NCBI GenBank assembly: GCA_009937025.1 | Contig: JAACDG010000072.1 | Span: forward strand, 1-59,527 | From: Methanobacteriota archaeon | Lineage (GTDB): Archaea > Thermoplasmatota > Poseidoniia > Poseidoniales > Poseidoniaceae | Direction of reading: 5' to 3' | DNA length: 59,527 bases | Shown: one piece after another, positions 35,401 to 43,637 of the stretch | Layout of the letters: each line of letters opens with the position of its first letter | Numbering within the stretch: position 1 is the first letter of the stretch | The notes under the pieces: generated by a model | Told to the model about the DNA's origin: nothing | Databases searched by the model: none | Seen by the model: only the letters and a program-made list of their open reading frames with translations | Made by a program: the position numbers and the translations under genes

Positions 35401-37413
35401 CTCACCATCACTTCGTAAATGGTTCAAGCGAGGTTCGCTTTGTTCGATGAGATTTGCCTGCTTAATGGCCTCAACTGTTCGTCGCATGACGGTGACTTCT
35501 GCTTGACGGAAACGATAGATACTCTGTTTCATATCTCCGACGATGCAAACGGTTGGGTCCCACGGTCCAAGTGGTCGTTGAGGTTCTTCTGATTCGAGTC
35601 GTCGGTGCCCCCAAAGTCGAGCTAATAAGCGGAAATGGGCGGGGTTTGTATCTTGGTATTCATCGATAATGAACGCTCGATATTGGCGACGAATTGTTTG
35701 AAGCGTGAAGAATCGCCGTTGAAGGTCTTCAAAACACGATTGGTCGTCACCGGCAATTCTCATTGCGCGTGAAATATGTTGATCTGACCAAGGTTCATCA
35801 CCAAGATTGTCAAGTGCATGAACAACTGCTGAAGGGTAGACGTGTCGGACAATGTCAGGGCATCGAGCAAGCAATAAATCAGCAACCAGTTTTTGGATAT
35901 CATCATAATCATGTACAGATTCATGGGCTTTACGAAGTGTCAAAATATCTTGGCACCCACGATGAACAAGCAATAAATCATCGAGCACATTGGTTTGCAA
36001 GTCATGTGAAATCCGAAGTCTTCCCGTTGGCGCAAGGTCGCTGAATGTCGTTGGGACTTCTTGATGACGAAGTTCACAACCTACTGGCATATGCGGTAGG
36101 TCGGAAATTGGGTCCAGTAAGAAAGCACTCTTGCCCAATAAGCATACCAAACGCCCAAGGCGTCCATTGAGTTCAGTGTTCAGGGAATTCGAGAAGGTAA
36201 TGGCCTCTCTTTCAACCGCATCCTTAATGGCTTTTGAAACGCCTTTGGTCGCTGATTTACTCAGCAAACCAGGATGCCATTCTGCACAATGTCGTGCTTG
36301 AGGGAATATGCCTTTGGGCAAATATTTCGGTTCTTCCTCCTCCAATTGGTTCGTAGTCGTTGCAGCAAGGGCACCTTGCCATACCCACTGTAAGCAAGCA
36401 CTGGGTTCAGTTGGCAAAGTTTGGCGGGCCAATGCGTTCATATGGTTAAATCGCGTAAGAGTTGTACCGATTTGTGCTTCGCATGCTTGAACATAATGGG
36501 CTGAATGGCCCTGATAGGCATTGACCCATTGCGATAAAATCCCCTGAACTCTGTGAGCAAAATCGACAACATCGTTGCGAACTGGTTCCAAGAACATGTC
36601 CATCAACACCTCGTGAGGCATTTGTCCTTCTCCCGACCAGTTTACACCCATGGATTGAGCTCGAGCGAGCATTGCATGATGGGCTTCTTCGACGAATAAC
36701 GACTTGCCTAACATTCCACTGAGAACAACTGCTGAACGCTCTTGCCCTCCAAGGAGTATAGCGAGCCTGTTTCTTGCTTCAATAAAAGCGCCAATGTTAC
36801 CACGCACACCTGCTTCATAGGCATCATCGATGGTTCGAATTCGCCATGCAGAATGGAGTGTTTCTTGAACTAAGAGTGGTGAACGTTCTTCCGAAATTTG
36901 TTCACGGCTTACGTGAATGGCCACTAAATCCAAATGCGGTGAAACAAGTTGTGAAAGGAATGCGTCAATGGTGGAAATCGGTGCTTCGTCAAGGGCTGAC
37001 ATCAATGTCTCGATATCCCCTTCTTCTATCCGGGGGTCGAAAATTCCCTCATCATCCCCTTTTTTCAGTGCAGTTGCTCGACTTTGTCCGACGCGATAAC
37101 GGATTCGAGCTTTCAATTCAGCAGCCGCTTTTTTGGTAAAAGTAATGGCAACGACTTCACTTGGCAACAAGCCTTTCCATTCTTTGGGGGAGGTGCGTTG
37201 TCGAGGAGGTGCCCGCAAAAGCCCACTTCCCTTTGGCAACTCCCGAGGACCGGGTGGAAGAATTTGTGTTGCACGTTGTTCTGCAGAAAGAAGATGCTGG
37301 ACGTAGCGCTCAGCCATGACTGTTGTTTTTCCAGTACCGGCTCCAGCATCCAAAGCAATGTGTTTGTCAAGATCTAATCCAAGTCGTTGACTGCGATTGA
37401 AACGGATGGTCAT
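32458..37413 (-). CDS. addA: AddA/RecB-like UvrD-family helicase with C-terminal PD-(D/E)XK nuclease domain (1651 aa)
   Basis: Helicase motifs DAGAGTGKTT, IIDEYQDTN, TIHGAKGLQAPVV, YVALTRVENRL. Nuclease motifs GRADLVL, VVDLKT, QLTLYSVAL. Cysteines FACPRRHW ... CSQCPFSRGEIRLC. ATGA overlap with the upstream gene. Confidence 0.85.
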   Translation of the reverse strand: MTIRFNRSQRLGLDLDKHIALDAGAGTGKTTVMAERYVQHLLSAEQRATQILPPGPRELPKGSGLLRAPPRQRTSPKEWKGLLPSEVVAITFTKKAAAELKARIRYRVGQSRATALKKGDDEGIFDPRIEEGDIETLMSALDEAPISTIDAFLSQLVSPHLDLVAIHVSREQISEERSPLLVQETLHSAWRIRTIDDAYEAGVRGNIGAFIEARNRLAILLGGQERSAVVLSGMLGKSLFVEEAHHAMLARAQSMGVNWSGEGQMPHEVLMDMFLEPVRNDVVDFAHRVQGILSQWVNAYQGHSAHYVQACEAQIGTTLTRFNHMNALARQTLPTEPSACLQWVWQGALAATTTNQLEEEEPKYLPKGIFPQARHCAEWHPGLLSKSATKGVSKAIKDAVEREAITFSNSLNTELNGRLGRLVCLLGKSAFLLDPISDLPHMPVGCELRHQEVPTTFSDLAPTGRLRISHDLQTNVLDDLLLVHRGCQDILTLRKAHESVHDYDDIQKLVADLLLARCPDIVRHVYPSAVVHALDNLGDEPWSDQHISRAMRIAGDDQSCFEDLQRRFFTLQTIRRQYRAFIIDEYQDTNPAHFRLLARLWGHRRLESEEPQRPLGPWDPTVCIVGDMKQSIYRFRQAEVTVMRRTVEAIKQANLIEQSEPRLNHLRSDGEARDPRPVGAGESFIRGDEIDGSIVKSKLWEHVSVAFEDDEDTFTPVDTIRRERRLLGHIDLTSNHRTLHNLVRTMNGMFDDVFDSRHYVLPGDWHAEPQQLRSARNSSNTGTLEWLLPLQIGVEAPGFDLQKRIDTFADPKAKSAHLEHELIAARLQALIQNRETQVWNAEKLAYSKVDSKKENIRPEDIIILVHSRKHMPDLIQRLQSRGIPVMADRQGALLQRPVAAPLLACLELIAFPHSRHAALSLARSSILGFNDAQAHALLTSTAEGSWWQKIQQHAPNDSVKRLVAHMEYLVHQGAIHDVFDTVLDCSDLLVAYPDDTSRQNAEAWCSLAATIGSELGHEASAIFHRMKALNGLGNKGPSAITTPSGGAVQIMTIHGAKGLQAPVVIVAGIFHAGKSDASLAARNNVLVTPQVVAGRINPWTSRERPDDGLWEFAKRMDHAQRQAERRREFYVALTRVENRLIVVGSPNNTALIDPKTHHLELKSKPSMKTMGSMWLDGLRSLSHSNGQVDSPWLLDGDVCGEPLKRYEEAELSLNPAALIQNSYLGGDAIESIHLYHSPACFPDLDVQTPLQKWNSLEAQLEKISSEENLPAQFLQVSDIMRMTSHGLDTSFACPRRHWLSEVRGWNPEPLNRFSNPATGQTPASLYPPATVFGTLMHRLVEIGLQNPSQMNTPPVTPLPAAWTYDGKDLLDDEKTIRRVLAEEGITEGESNPELFAATFERLAHLGTLVRKGLLGRFAKGENHFGYCVEGLRTELPFYFSHNVAFDGVVRTSFSVDGPRPQALVDHVDVVFDGRADLVLALRDHEGKGCLQVVDLKTKGCRDVFNPENSSAGSRLQTFEGDILAPFPSTSAERAILDEHRLQLTLYSVALEAIEQQKPESERRRVLPPSLLIGASGRMVQLTDDEYAEAKTTLSTHLHWMAQLAAIPDALEEPPRLPAESADICSQCPFSRGEIRLCGPEGTPLGLIDSED

Positions 37414-40400
37414 TGTTCATCACCTCCAAGAGATGCCGATGGGCAAATTTGTCGTACTGAACAATATGAGCAATGTTTGCCCGGGGTAGCGTTGACATGA
37501 CCTTGACGAGCGGTTTCAATGGCTCTACCTGCTGTTCGGATTCGTTCCGAAATCCAAGAACGGAAGCCATTATGCGATGAAAAGTCCTCACCTGGCAAGC
37601 GGTGATGGGTTTGAGTATAGGTCGTCCTCTCTCCAAGTTGACAACCTTCGAGATACTTGAGGATGGATTCATCGAGTTCGACATAGTGAGTTGTCGATTC
37701 TCCGATCTCAGTGACGCCAACGCCAACTACGCGGTCTCCTGGGTGGCTCTTTTCCCATGCTCGAGCATACAACCCAAGTTGTACTTCATCAAACAAACTT
37801 TTGCGGTGTCGATTGCCTTTATCGGATGCTTTCGGACCGTTAACGGTTTTCAAATCACGAATAATTACCAATCGATTTGCTGGTTGTGCTTTTTCAAAAT
37901 GATGTGGAAGCACTTCAGATGCCGCAGTCTTCGCTAATATGCCGTCTGCTCTGGCTTGAATTTGCTGTTCTTGACTGAGAAGAATTGCATCTACTCGGTC
38001 AACGCGGCCTGATAAATTGATTTGAATGGGTTTCCCTTCATCGTCTTTGCCAGCGACTTGAACATGTCTGGACTTACCTTCACTCAACATCCATTCACAA
38101 GCCAAAGGCGCAGATGCCTTCAATTCGAAATCCGCCGAAACCATTCGCCCAAGACGCCCGCTCGGTTCAAGGTCAATCTCACCTTCAAGGTGCATTCGCC
38201 ACTCATTGGGCGTCACGCCAAGCATTTCTCTGCATCGATGTACGGCAACTGCATCGTTACGCGCCAACCAAGGAACTTCACTTCCAAGATATGACAACAC
38301 ACTGCCCCAAAGTTCAGGGATACTTTTCATTGGACCTTGATGAAGAGGAAGGGGGATTTCGACAGCATCAGCTGCTGTGATGACGCCGTGAGCATTCAAC
38401 ATGGCCGCTTCGGCATCGTGAATCATCGTACCTCTCGCTCGGGAATCCACATCTTCGCTTTGGACATCTTCTGGTTCGGCTTTCAATTGCTTATCCATCC
38501 AAGCCATACGTGGGCATTTAAGCCAAGACTGAAGACGGCTTTGGGACCAAGCATCTCGTTTCATTCCTGTTGATTTGAAGCCAAATGTGGCATTCAAAAC
38601 AGAACTTTTCAAATTTAACGCGGGAAGTGGTCGGGGGTCTATGGCTGGACCTTTGAATTTGGAATTGCGTTTCAAACCGAGATGTGGCCAATTTTCTTGC
38701 TGCCTTGAACCGATATTCACTTGTGATGCAGAAGGTTGTAGGACAAGGTCATCGGCACTTACCAAGTGTTCTCGATTATCCCACGTGAAATATTCACCGT
38801 TCTCCAAATCTCTCATCATCGGTTGACGTAGGCTACGGTCGGTTTGAATTTGGATTTCATGAGCCATTGCTAAGGAAGTTGAAGAAAGAACTGAACCACT
38901 CGGTGTATTTCCTTCAAGTAATTCAAGGCCGAGACGTTGACGTTCGTCTCTTCCTCGATGGCCTGCACGGTCCCCAATTGTTCTCCCACCAATCATAGCC
39001 ATGGTGAAGGGCCTTGGAGTAAGCCAAACGAAACCCCCGCCGTGTTCATCTTTCGTCCAATGCCATGTTCGGTGTCGTTGCCCTTCTTGGTGTTCAGAAT
39101 CAGAAAGAAAAGATGGTGCGGGTTGGAATGATGCTAAAGAGCCGTCATGTCGGGTTTCGGTTAACCATTCAGCAAGAGGTGCGCTTGGACCACCACCTTC
39201 CTCCGCACTTGTATCGAAGAAAATGACTTCATGTGCAGCGTTTAACAGATGTCGTAGATGATGTCTCCCTCGCCGAACTGCAAGGTCTGAATTGTAGAGA
39301 CCAAGTTGGATTTGGGCTGGTGCATCAAGCCATGGAACTTTGGAAGTTTTCATCGACCATGAGTTCACATCTAAACCGACCAAGAGTATCAAATCGGCTT
39401 CGACACCGTGTGCTTGCTCAGGTGTAAGAATTTGGATATCTTTACCCCGTGAACGAGAACGAGGCAAGGAGGTTTGGGCAACAAGGCGGTCAAAATAATC
39501 AATGAAAGGTTGGCCCCTTTCAGGAAGTGTATATCCTGCTTTTTCTAGTAAAATCTTAGTTGCTTCATGCGATTCGCGGATGATTTGTAATCCTGCTAGC
39601 GAACGGTCATGCTTTGCAGTTCGGTTGGACAGTTCAATCCAATCGATATGCCCATACATTTGATCAAGCCATTCGACGCCTGAATCTGGTCGAGACGGGA
39701 GAGGGAGGGGGTGTTCCGTTGAACAACCAACTGGATTTGATGGGAGGCGAGAAAGCGTTTCTTGGTCCAACAATGGCGTCCATATTTCCGCTATACAATG
39801 TAACCACCATTGGGTCTCTTCCAATGCCTGGCGAGCACGTTCTATATTCTCACCAAGTTGTGGAGTTGCTTGGGCAAGTGTTCCAAGCCAGCGCAAAAGT
39901 GAGCCGTGGCCCCCCCGTACGTGAAATGAACGAGCTATGTTTTCTAGAATATTCGAATGGGGACGGGGCTTCCATAATGGTTCAGAAGGATGTGAAAGGT
40001 GTTCGACCGCCCCGTTTTCTAAGGGTAAACTTTGGTATTCATACAAGGAACGGAGCCGATGAAGGGACCATGCATCCATGCCATTTCCAAGTTTCATCGC
40101 ACGAGCCAAACCGGCAACTGCAGGTATTTCATCCAACCTTTTCTGTTCATTCCCACATTGATAGCCAAGTGATTCGAGTCGAGAATGCCATTGGTCTTGC
40201 TTTGTATCAGCAGCCCCATCGATGATGAGCACACGACCACCTTGGCTATTGAGCCCGTAGGAGCGAAGTAATTCAATGGCCGCTTCCATCGAATGTGCCC
40301 CTCGTTCCAACGTGATTCTATGCAGTGAAGTGTTTCTCTGCTTGCCCCGACGTGAATACCAATGGATTTCATTCGGTGGCGCCCAGACGTCATGGGGAGG

Positions 40401-41171
40401 TACCCAGTCCGGCAAATTCTCAGAAGTGGAATACTCCCATTCTGCGTCAAACAAGTAGGCTCCGTGGTGTCCGAGACGGAAGGAACCTGCAGAGCATACT
40501 TGATGAATGGGGCGCTTTTTAGAAAGTTCGGCAAAAAAACTACGCTCGCTTTCCGAGTAATCCGGGGCTGAATCAAGAACAAGAATTCCTCGAACATCAT
40601 TGAGAGTAAATGGGCACTCTGAACTCGCTTTTAACGCGTCAATTACTCGAGCGAAGGCATGATGTGGATGGGTGCCACCTAACTTCTCTTCAAGTTCACA
40701 AAGGAGTGTGTCGAATTCCTTTGCCCCGGGGTCTCCATCCCATGACCATGGGTTGTTCAATTGATGCAAAGTTCGATGCAAAGAGAGTATTCTTTCTGTG
40801 TGGTAAGGAGACCACTTGCTCCCTTCAATAGCAGAAAACAAGAGTGGTAACTCGCAGTTTTCAGCTGCACGTTTGGTGTGAGCGTGAATAACAGCAAAGA
40901 TATCCGCATCACTCCCAAACAACGGTGGAAGACCGAGATCGAGTATAAGCAACTGAAGCAGCCTCACTGTCGTCAAATGATGTGTTGTATCGACCGAAGA
41001 ATTGGATTGAGACAGACGGAGTAAGGTTTGGTTCCGGCTTGCTTCATTCGGGTGAAGTACCAAGATATCGTCGGCAACTCCGTTGACAAGAGATTCAAAA
41101 AACCAAGGCGGTAAGTTGTCTCCGGCATCAATCGCTTCAAGCGTGATTGATACTGCCTTTCCATCCCCCAT
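37410..41171 (-). CDS. addB: AddB-like subunit: degenerate helicase-like N-terminal region plus C-terminal RecB/Cas4-type nuclease with 4-Cys cluster signature (1253 aa)
   Basis: No Walker A seen. C-terminus has WLKCPRMAW, IIRDLKT, QLGLYARAW and CSYCSVRQIC, matching the AddB/Cas4 C-x(n)-CxxCx5C iron-sulfur pattern. Confidence 0.75.
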   Translation of the reverse strand: MGDGKAVSITLEAIDAGDNLPPWFFESLVNGVADDILVLHPNEASRNQTLLRLSQSNSSVDTTHHLTTVRLLQLLILDLGLPPLFGSDADIFAVIHAHTKRAAENCELPLLFSAIEGSKWSPYHTERILSLHRTLHQLNNPWSWDGDPGAKEFDTLLCELEEKLGGTHPHHAFARVIDALKASSECPFTLNDVRGILVLDSAPDYSESERSFFAELSKKRPIHQVCSAGSFRLGHHGAYLFDAEWEYSTSENLPDWVPPHDVWAPPNEIHWYSRRGKQRNTSLHRITLERGAHSMEAAIELLRSYGLNSQGGRVLIIDGAADTKQDQWHSRLESLGYQCGNEQKRLDEIPAVAGLARAMKLGNGMDAWSLHRLRSLYEYQSLPLENGAVEHLSHPSEPLWKPRPHSNILENIARSFHVRGGHGSLLRWLGTLAQATPQLGENIERARQALEETQWWLHCIAEIWTPLLDQETLSRLPSNPVGCSTEHPLPLPSRPDSGVEWLDQMYGHIDWIELSNRTAKHDRSLAGLQIIRESHEATKILLEKAGYTLPERGQPFIDYFDRLVAQTSLPRSRSRGKDIQILTPEQAHGVEADLILLVGLDVNSWSMKTSKVPWLDAPAQIQLGLYNSDLAVRRGRHHLRHLLNAAHEVIFFDTSAEEGGGPSAPLAEWLTETRHDGSLASFQPAPSFLSDSEHQEGQRHRTWHWTKDEHGGGFVWLTPRPFTMAMIGGRTIGDRAGHRGRDERQRLGLELLEGNTPSGSVLSSTSLAMAHEIQIQTDRSLRQPMMRDLENGEYFTWDNREHLVSADDLVLQPSASQVNIGSRQQENWPHLGLKRNSKFKGPAIDPRPLPALNLKSSVLNATFGFKSTGMKRDAWSQSRLQSWLKCPRMAWMDKQLKAEPEDVQSEDVDSRARGTMIHDAEAAMLNAHGVITAADAVEIPLPLHQGPMKSIPELWGSVLSYLGSEVPWLARNDAVAVHRCREMLGVTPNEWRMHLEGEIDLEPSGRLGRMVSADFELKASAPLACEWMLSEGKSRHVQVAGKDDEGKPIQINLSGRVDRVDAILLSQEQQIQARADGILAKTAASEVLPHHFEKAQPANRLVIIRDLKTVNGPKASDKGNRHRKSLFDEVQLGLYARAWEKSHPGDRVVGVGVTEIGESTTHYVELDESILKYLEGCQLGERTTYTQTHHRLPGEDFSSHNGFRSWISERIRTAGRAIETARQGHVNATPGKHCSYCSVRQICPSASLGGDEQ

Positions 41172-41320
41172 CGGTCTCGCCTCAACACCACCACAGTTGT
41201 CGACTGTTCTTGAAGCCTCTCGGTAAAATTGGGTCCGAACAGCAGTGGAATGTTATATTTCTTGACTTTGTTATGGAAAAAAGGGCCTTTTATGTGCGAA
41301 ATTCGCTCTTTTTGGAATTT

Positions 41321-41330
41321 CTTTATATAC
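41321..41330 (-). promoter_or_regulatory. TATA-like box (TATATAAA on minus strand) for the addB-addA-like operon
   Basis: ctttatatac on the plus strand, ~150 nt upstream of the ATG at 41171. Confidence 0.25.
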
Positions 41331-41361
41331 TGTCGAGTGGTTATTTGGGTGTTAGTTTGTT

Positions 41362-41380
41362 AACATGAACGGTTCATGTT
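41362..41380. promoter_or_regulatory. Perfect 19-bp palindrome AACATGAAC-G-GTTCATGTT
   Basis: Read directly. It sits in the 377-nt divergent intergenic region, abutting a TATA-like GTATATTTT at 41383-41391. Confidence 0.35.
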
Positions 41381-41548
41381 GCGTATATTTTGGTCTTGAT
41401 AGCCGACAGCCTTAAATAAGATGGCTTATCATATAGGTATGCTGAGCCGGAAAAAGCGGCCACACCGAACAAATGGCACTCGCCATCAGAGTCGGTTGGA
41501 CGCGAAAACAAGCTCACAAACCCACCAACAAGAACGGAGATAATAAAT

Positions 41549-42754
41549 ATGTCAGAAGATAAGAAAGTAAAGAAGGAAGAACTCACTCAATGTGACGAGT
41601 GTTGTAGCAAAGAATTGAAGCGCGTGCCCGACAAAGGTGAAGTTTGGTGCTTAGATTGTGGCCTTGTTCACAAAGAACAACGCATTGAAGCAAACGATAA
41701 CGGCGCCGCCCTGTTTGGCGAAAACGCTCATTACCAATCAGTTCGAAACGATGGAGACATCAACCGCTCTATTGGCGGAACAGGCCCAAAGATGAAGTTT
41801 GGTTCCAAGGGTGTTCGCGACCGTCGCAAGTATCACTTGCTCGAAAAGATTGACCGAAGCTCAGTCCGTAACCCTCACCCATTTGCCCGACGCGTCAAAA
41901 AGAACACCGAAACACTGTATGGACGTAACACTCTGCACCTTCTTGAGTGGCTTATCGACATGGCTTGCAAGCCATTGACCGCTGAACAAGAATTGATTCG
42001 TAAGAAGCAAAACAAGTCAATGAACACTCGCTTGGGAATGCCAAAGCAATCCATCTGTCGAAAGGAGAAGGGTATCAAGGGCACTTCTGAAGAACAGAAT
42101 GCTGTCATTATTGCTGCCGCCATTGTCGAACTTGCTGGAGAACTTGGACTCATGCCAAAGTTCGACCGACGAGCAACCATGGAACAGGCTGGAATTGTTC
42201 CAAAGCAAATCATGAACGCTCGAATTCGTATCCTTCAACACTGGAAAGCACGCGTCTCCATGGGCTGGGCTGCTATGCCTCCTCGTAAGAGTGCAAACGA
42301 CCGCCGTGAAGATGCTATTGTACAAGCGATGGAGCATATATTCGACATGCTAGATGGACATCTTGAACGAGAAGACTTCGAGCGCGTACTGTATGAGACT
42401 GAAGCACGTCTAGCCCTTCTACAGGAAGGTACCGGTCAAGCATTGACCATCAATGTTGAAGAACGCATGTTAGTGTCCGTTTGCGTGTATGCCAGCCTTG
42501 TCACTTTTGGACTTCAATCCGGTGCTGCTGACCTTTTGGCAGATGTATTTGGATTAACAAGCAGCGGTATTCGTTCACGCTTCGACGCATTGGTCAAGCA
42601 GTCTGAATCTGGTGAATTACAAGACAACGGCGCTTTTGACATGAAGCAAACCTGTAAGGAATTGTTGAATGAGTCACAGAAGCAGAATGCTTTGATAGCC
42701 AAGTTCCGACTCGGAAGAGTATGCGGAAAGCGTCCCACCTCGTCGGAATCTTGA
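41549..42754 (+). CDS. tfb: Divergent TFIIB/TFB-family protein (Zn ribbon plus two degenerate cyclin-like repeats, with insertions)
   Basis: N-terminal CDECCS..x15..CLDCGLV ribbon. AVIIAAAIVELAGELGLMPKFDRRATMEQAGIVPKQIMNARIRIL and MLVSVCVYASLVTFGLQSGAADLLADVFGLTSSGIRSRFDAL resemble the two TFB cyclin-repeat signatures (compare GVTEVTIRNRYKEL). Confidence 0.55.
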   Translation: MSEDKKVKKEELTQCDECCSKELKRVPDKGEVWCLDCGLVHKEQRIEANDNGAALFGENAHYQSVRNDGDINRSIGGTGPKMKFGSKGVRDRRKYHLLEKIDRSSVRNPHPFARRVKKNTETLYGRNTLHLLEWLIDMACKPLTAEQELIRKKQNKSMNTRLGMPKQSICRKEKGIKGTSEEQNAVIIAAAIVELAGELGLMPKFDRRATMEQAGIVPKQIMNARIRILQHWKARVSMGWAAMPPRKSANDRREDAIVQAMEHIFDMLDGHLEREDFERVLYETEARLALLQEGTGQALTINVEERMLVSVCVYASLVTFGLQSGAADLLADVFGLTSSGIRSRFDALVKQSESGELQDNGAFDMKQTCKELLNESQKQNALIAKFRLGRVCGKRPTSSES

Positions 42755-43635
42755 TTTTGGCTGCACTAAGTTCAACGGTCAGTGTTGCTGCGCCACCAAC
42801 TACAACCGATGCCGGTATGGTGTTTGGCGGCCAATGGTTTGAAGCAAATCAATCTGGGACGTCAACTGTGAATCTCAGTGATTTGTCTCCTGTTGTTGAA
42901 GTCTATACTGCAACCTGGTGTTCGAATTGTGTCGATGTCGAGCATGCTCTGGATGGTATCGAAAATGAAACTGGGATACAACAGTATCACATTCACCGAG
43001 CCATCAATGAAGGACAAGACCCGCTTGGAAGTATCGCCGTCGATCAAAGGTTCCATGACCGTTATGGCGTCATGGCGCCACCTGTCGTCGTATTCAATGG
43101 CTCGACAATGAAAGTCGGGAGCGTGACTGATGCTGCGTCCCTGGAAAGTGAATTCACTGGACTTGCACAGCAAAACACCGACATTTCAGGTACTTCGACG
43201 TTTGGTTGGAACATGACAAGCAACACAACAGGAGTCGCCACTTGGACTCTCGACCTTGGGAATCTCGGCCTTCCAGATGAAGGTTCACTGGTTGCCTATG
43301 CGTGGATTGTGGAGGATTCTGCGAACTTCGAAGAAGGTACAAATGGACTTGAAGATTATCCGCATGTGGTCCGTGGCATTCTTGAACTGGGCGAAGTCAA
43401 TCATACTGCAAACTCAGCCCCTTCCTCGGGGACTTCAAGCATAACGCTCCCAGATGCTCATGATGGGAATGATTTGTCGGTTCACTTAATTTATCAATTC
43501 AATATTCCAGCCGATGTTGATGAGCCAGAAGTCCCTCCGTTGGTTGAAAGTGAGTCTGAAAGAGCTCTGCCTGCAATGTCGCTTGTTACGAGCCTCGGCA
43601 TCGTTCTTGGAGCGGCCTTGGTTCGTAGAGACTGA
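42721..43635 (+). CDS. Secreted/anchored thioredoxin-fold-like protein (WCSNC motif), signal peptide and C-terminal TM
   Basis: MRKASHLVGILILAALSSTVSVAA signal, VEVYTATWCSNCVDVEHAL CxxC motif, C-terminal ALPAMSLVTSLGIVLGAALV anchor. Overlaps the tfb-like 3' end by 34 nt. Confidence 0.6.
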   Translation: MRKASHLVGILILAALSSTVSVAAPPTTTDAGMVFGGQWFEANQSGTSTVNLSDLSPVVEVYTATWCSNCVDVEHALDGIENETGIQQYHIHRAINEGQDPLGSIAVDQRFHDRYGVMAPPVVVFNGSTMKVGSVTDAASLESEFTGLAQQNTDISGTSTFGWNMTSNTTGVATWTLDLGNLGLPDEGSLVAYAWIVEDSANFEEGTNGLEDYPHVVRGILELGEVNHTANSAPSSGTSSITLPDAHDGNDLSVHLIYQFNIPADVDEPEVPPLVESESERALPAMSLVTSLGIVLGAALVRRD

Positions 43636-43637
43636 AA

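Noticed and set aside
41147-41586. Small ORFs (73 aa plus strand, 70 aa minus strand) inside the long addB/tfb-like spacer
   Set aside because: They overlap the neighbouring gene starts, have implausible composition and no RBS or TATA in suitable positions. The region is better explained as regulatory or leader sequence.
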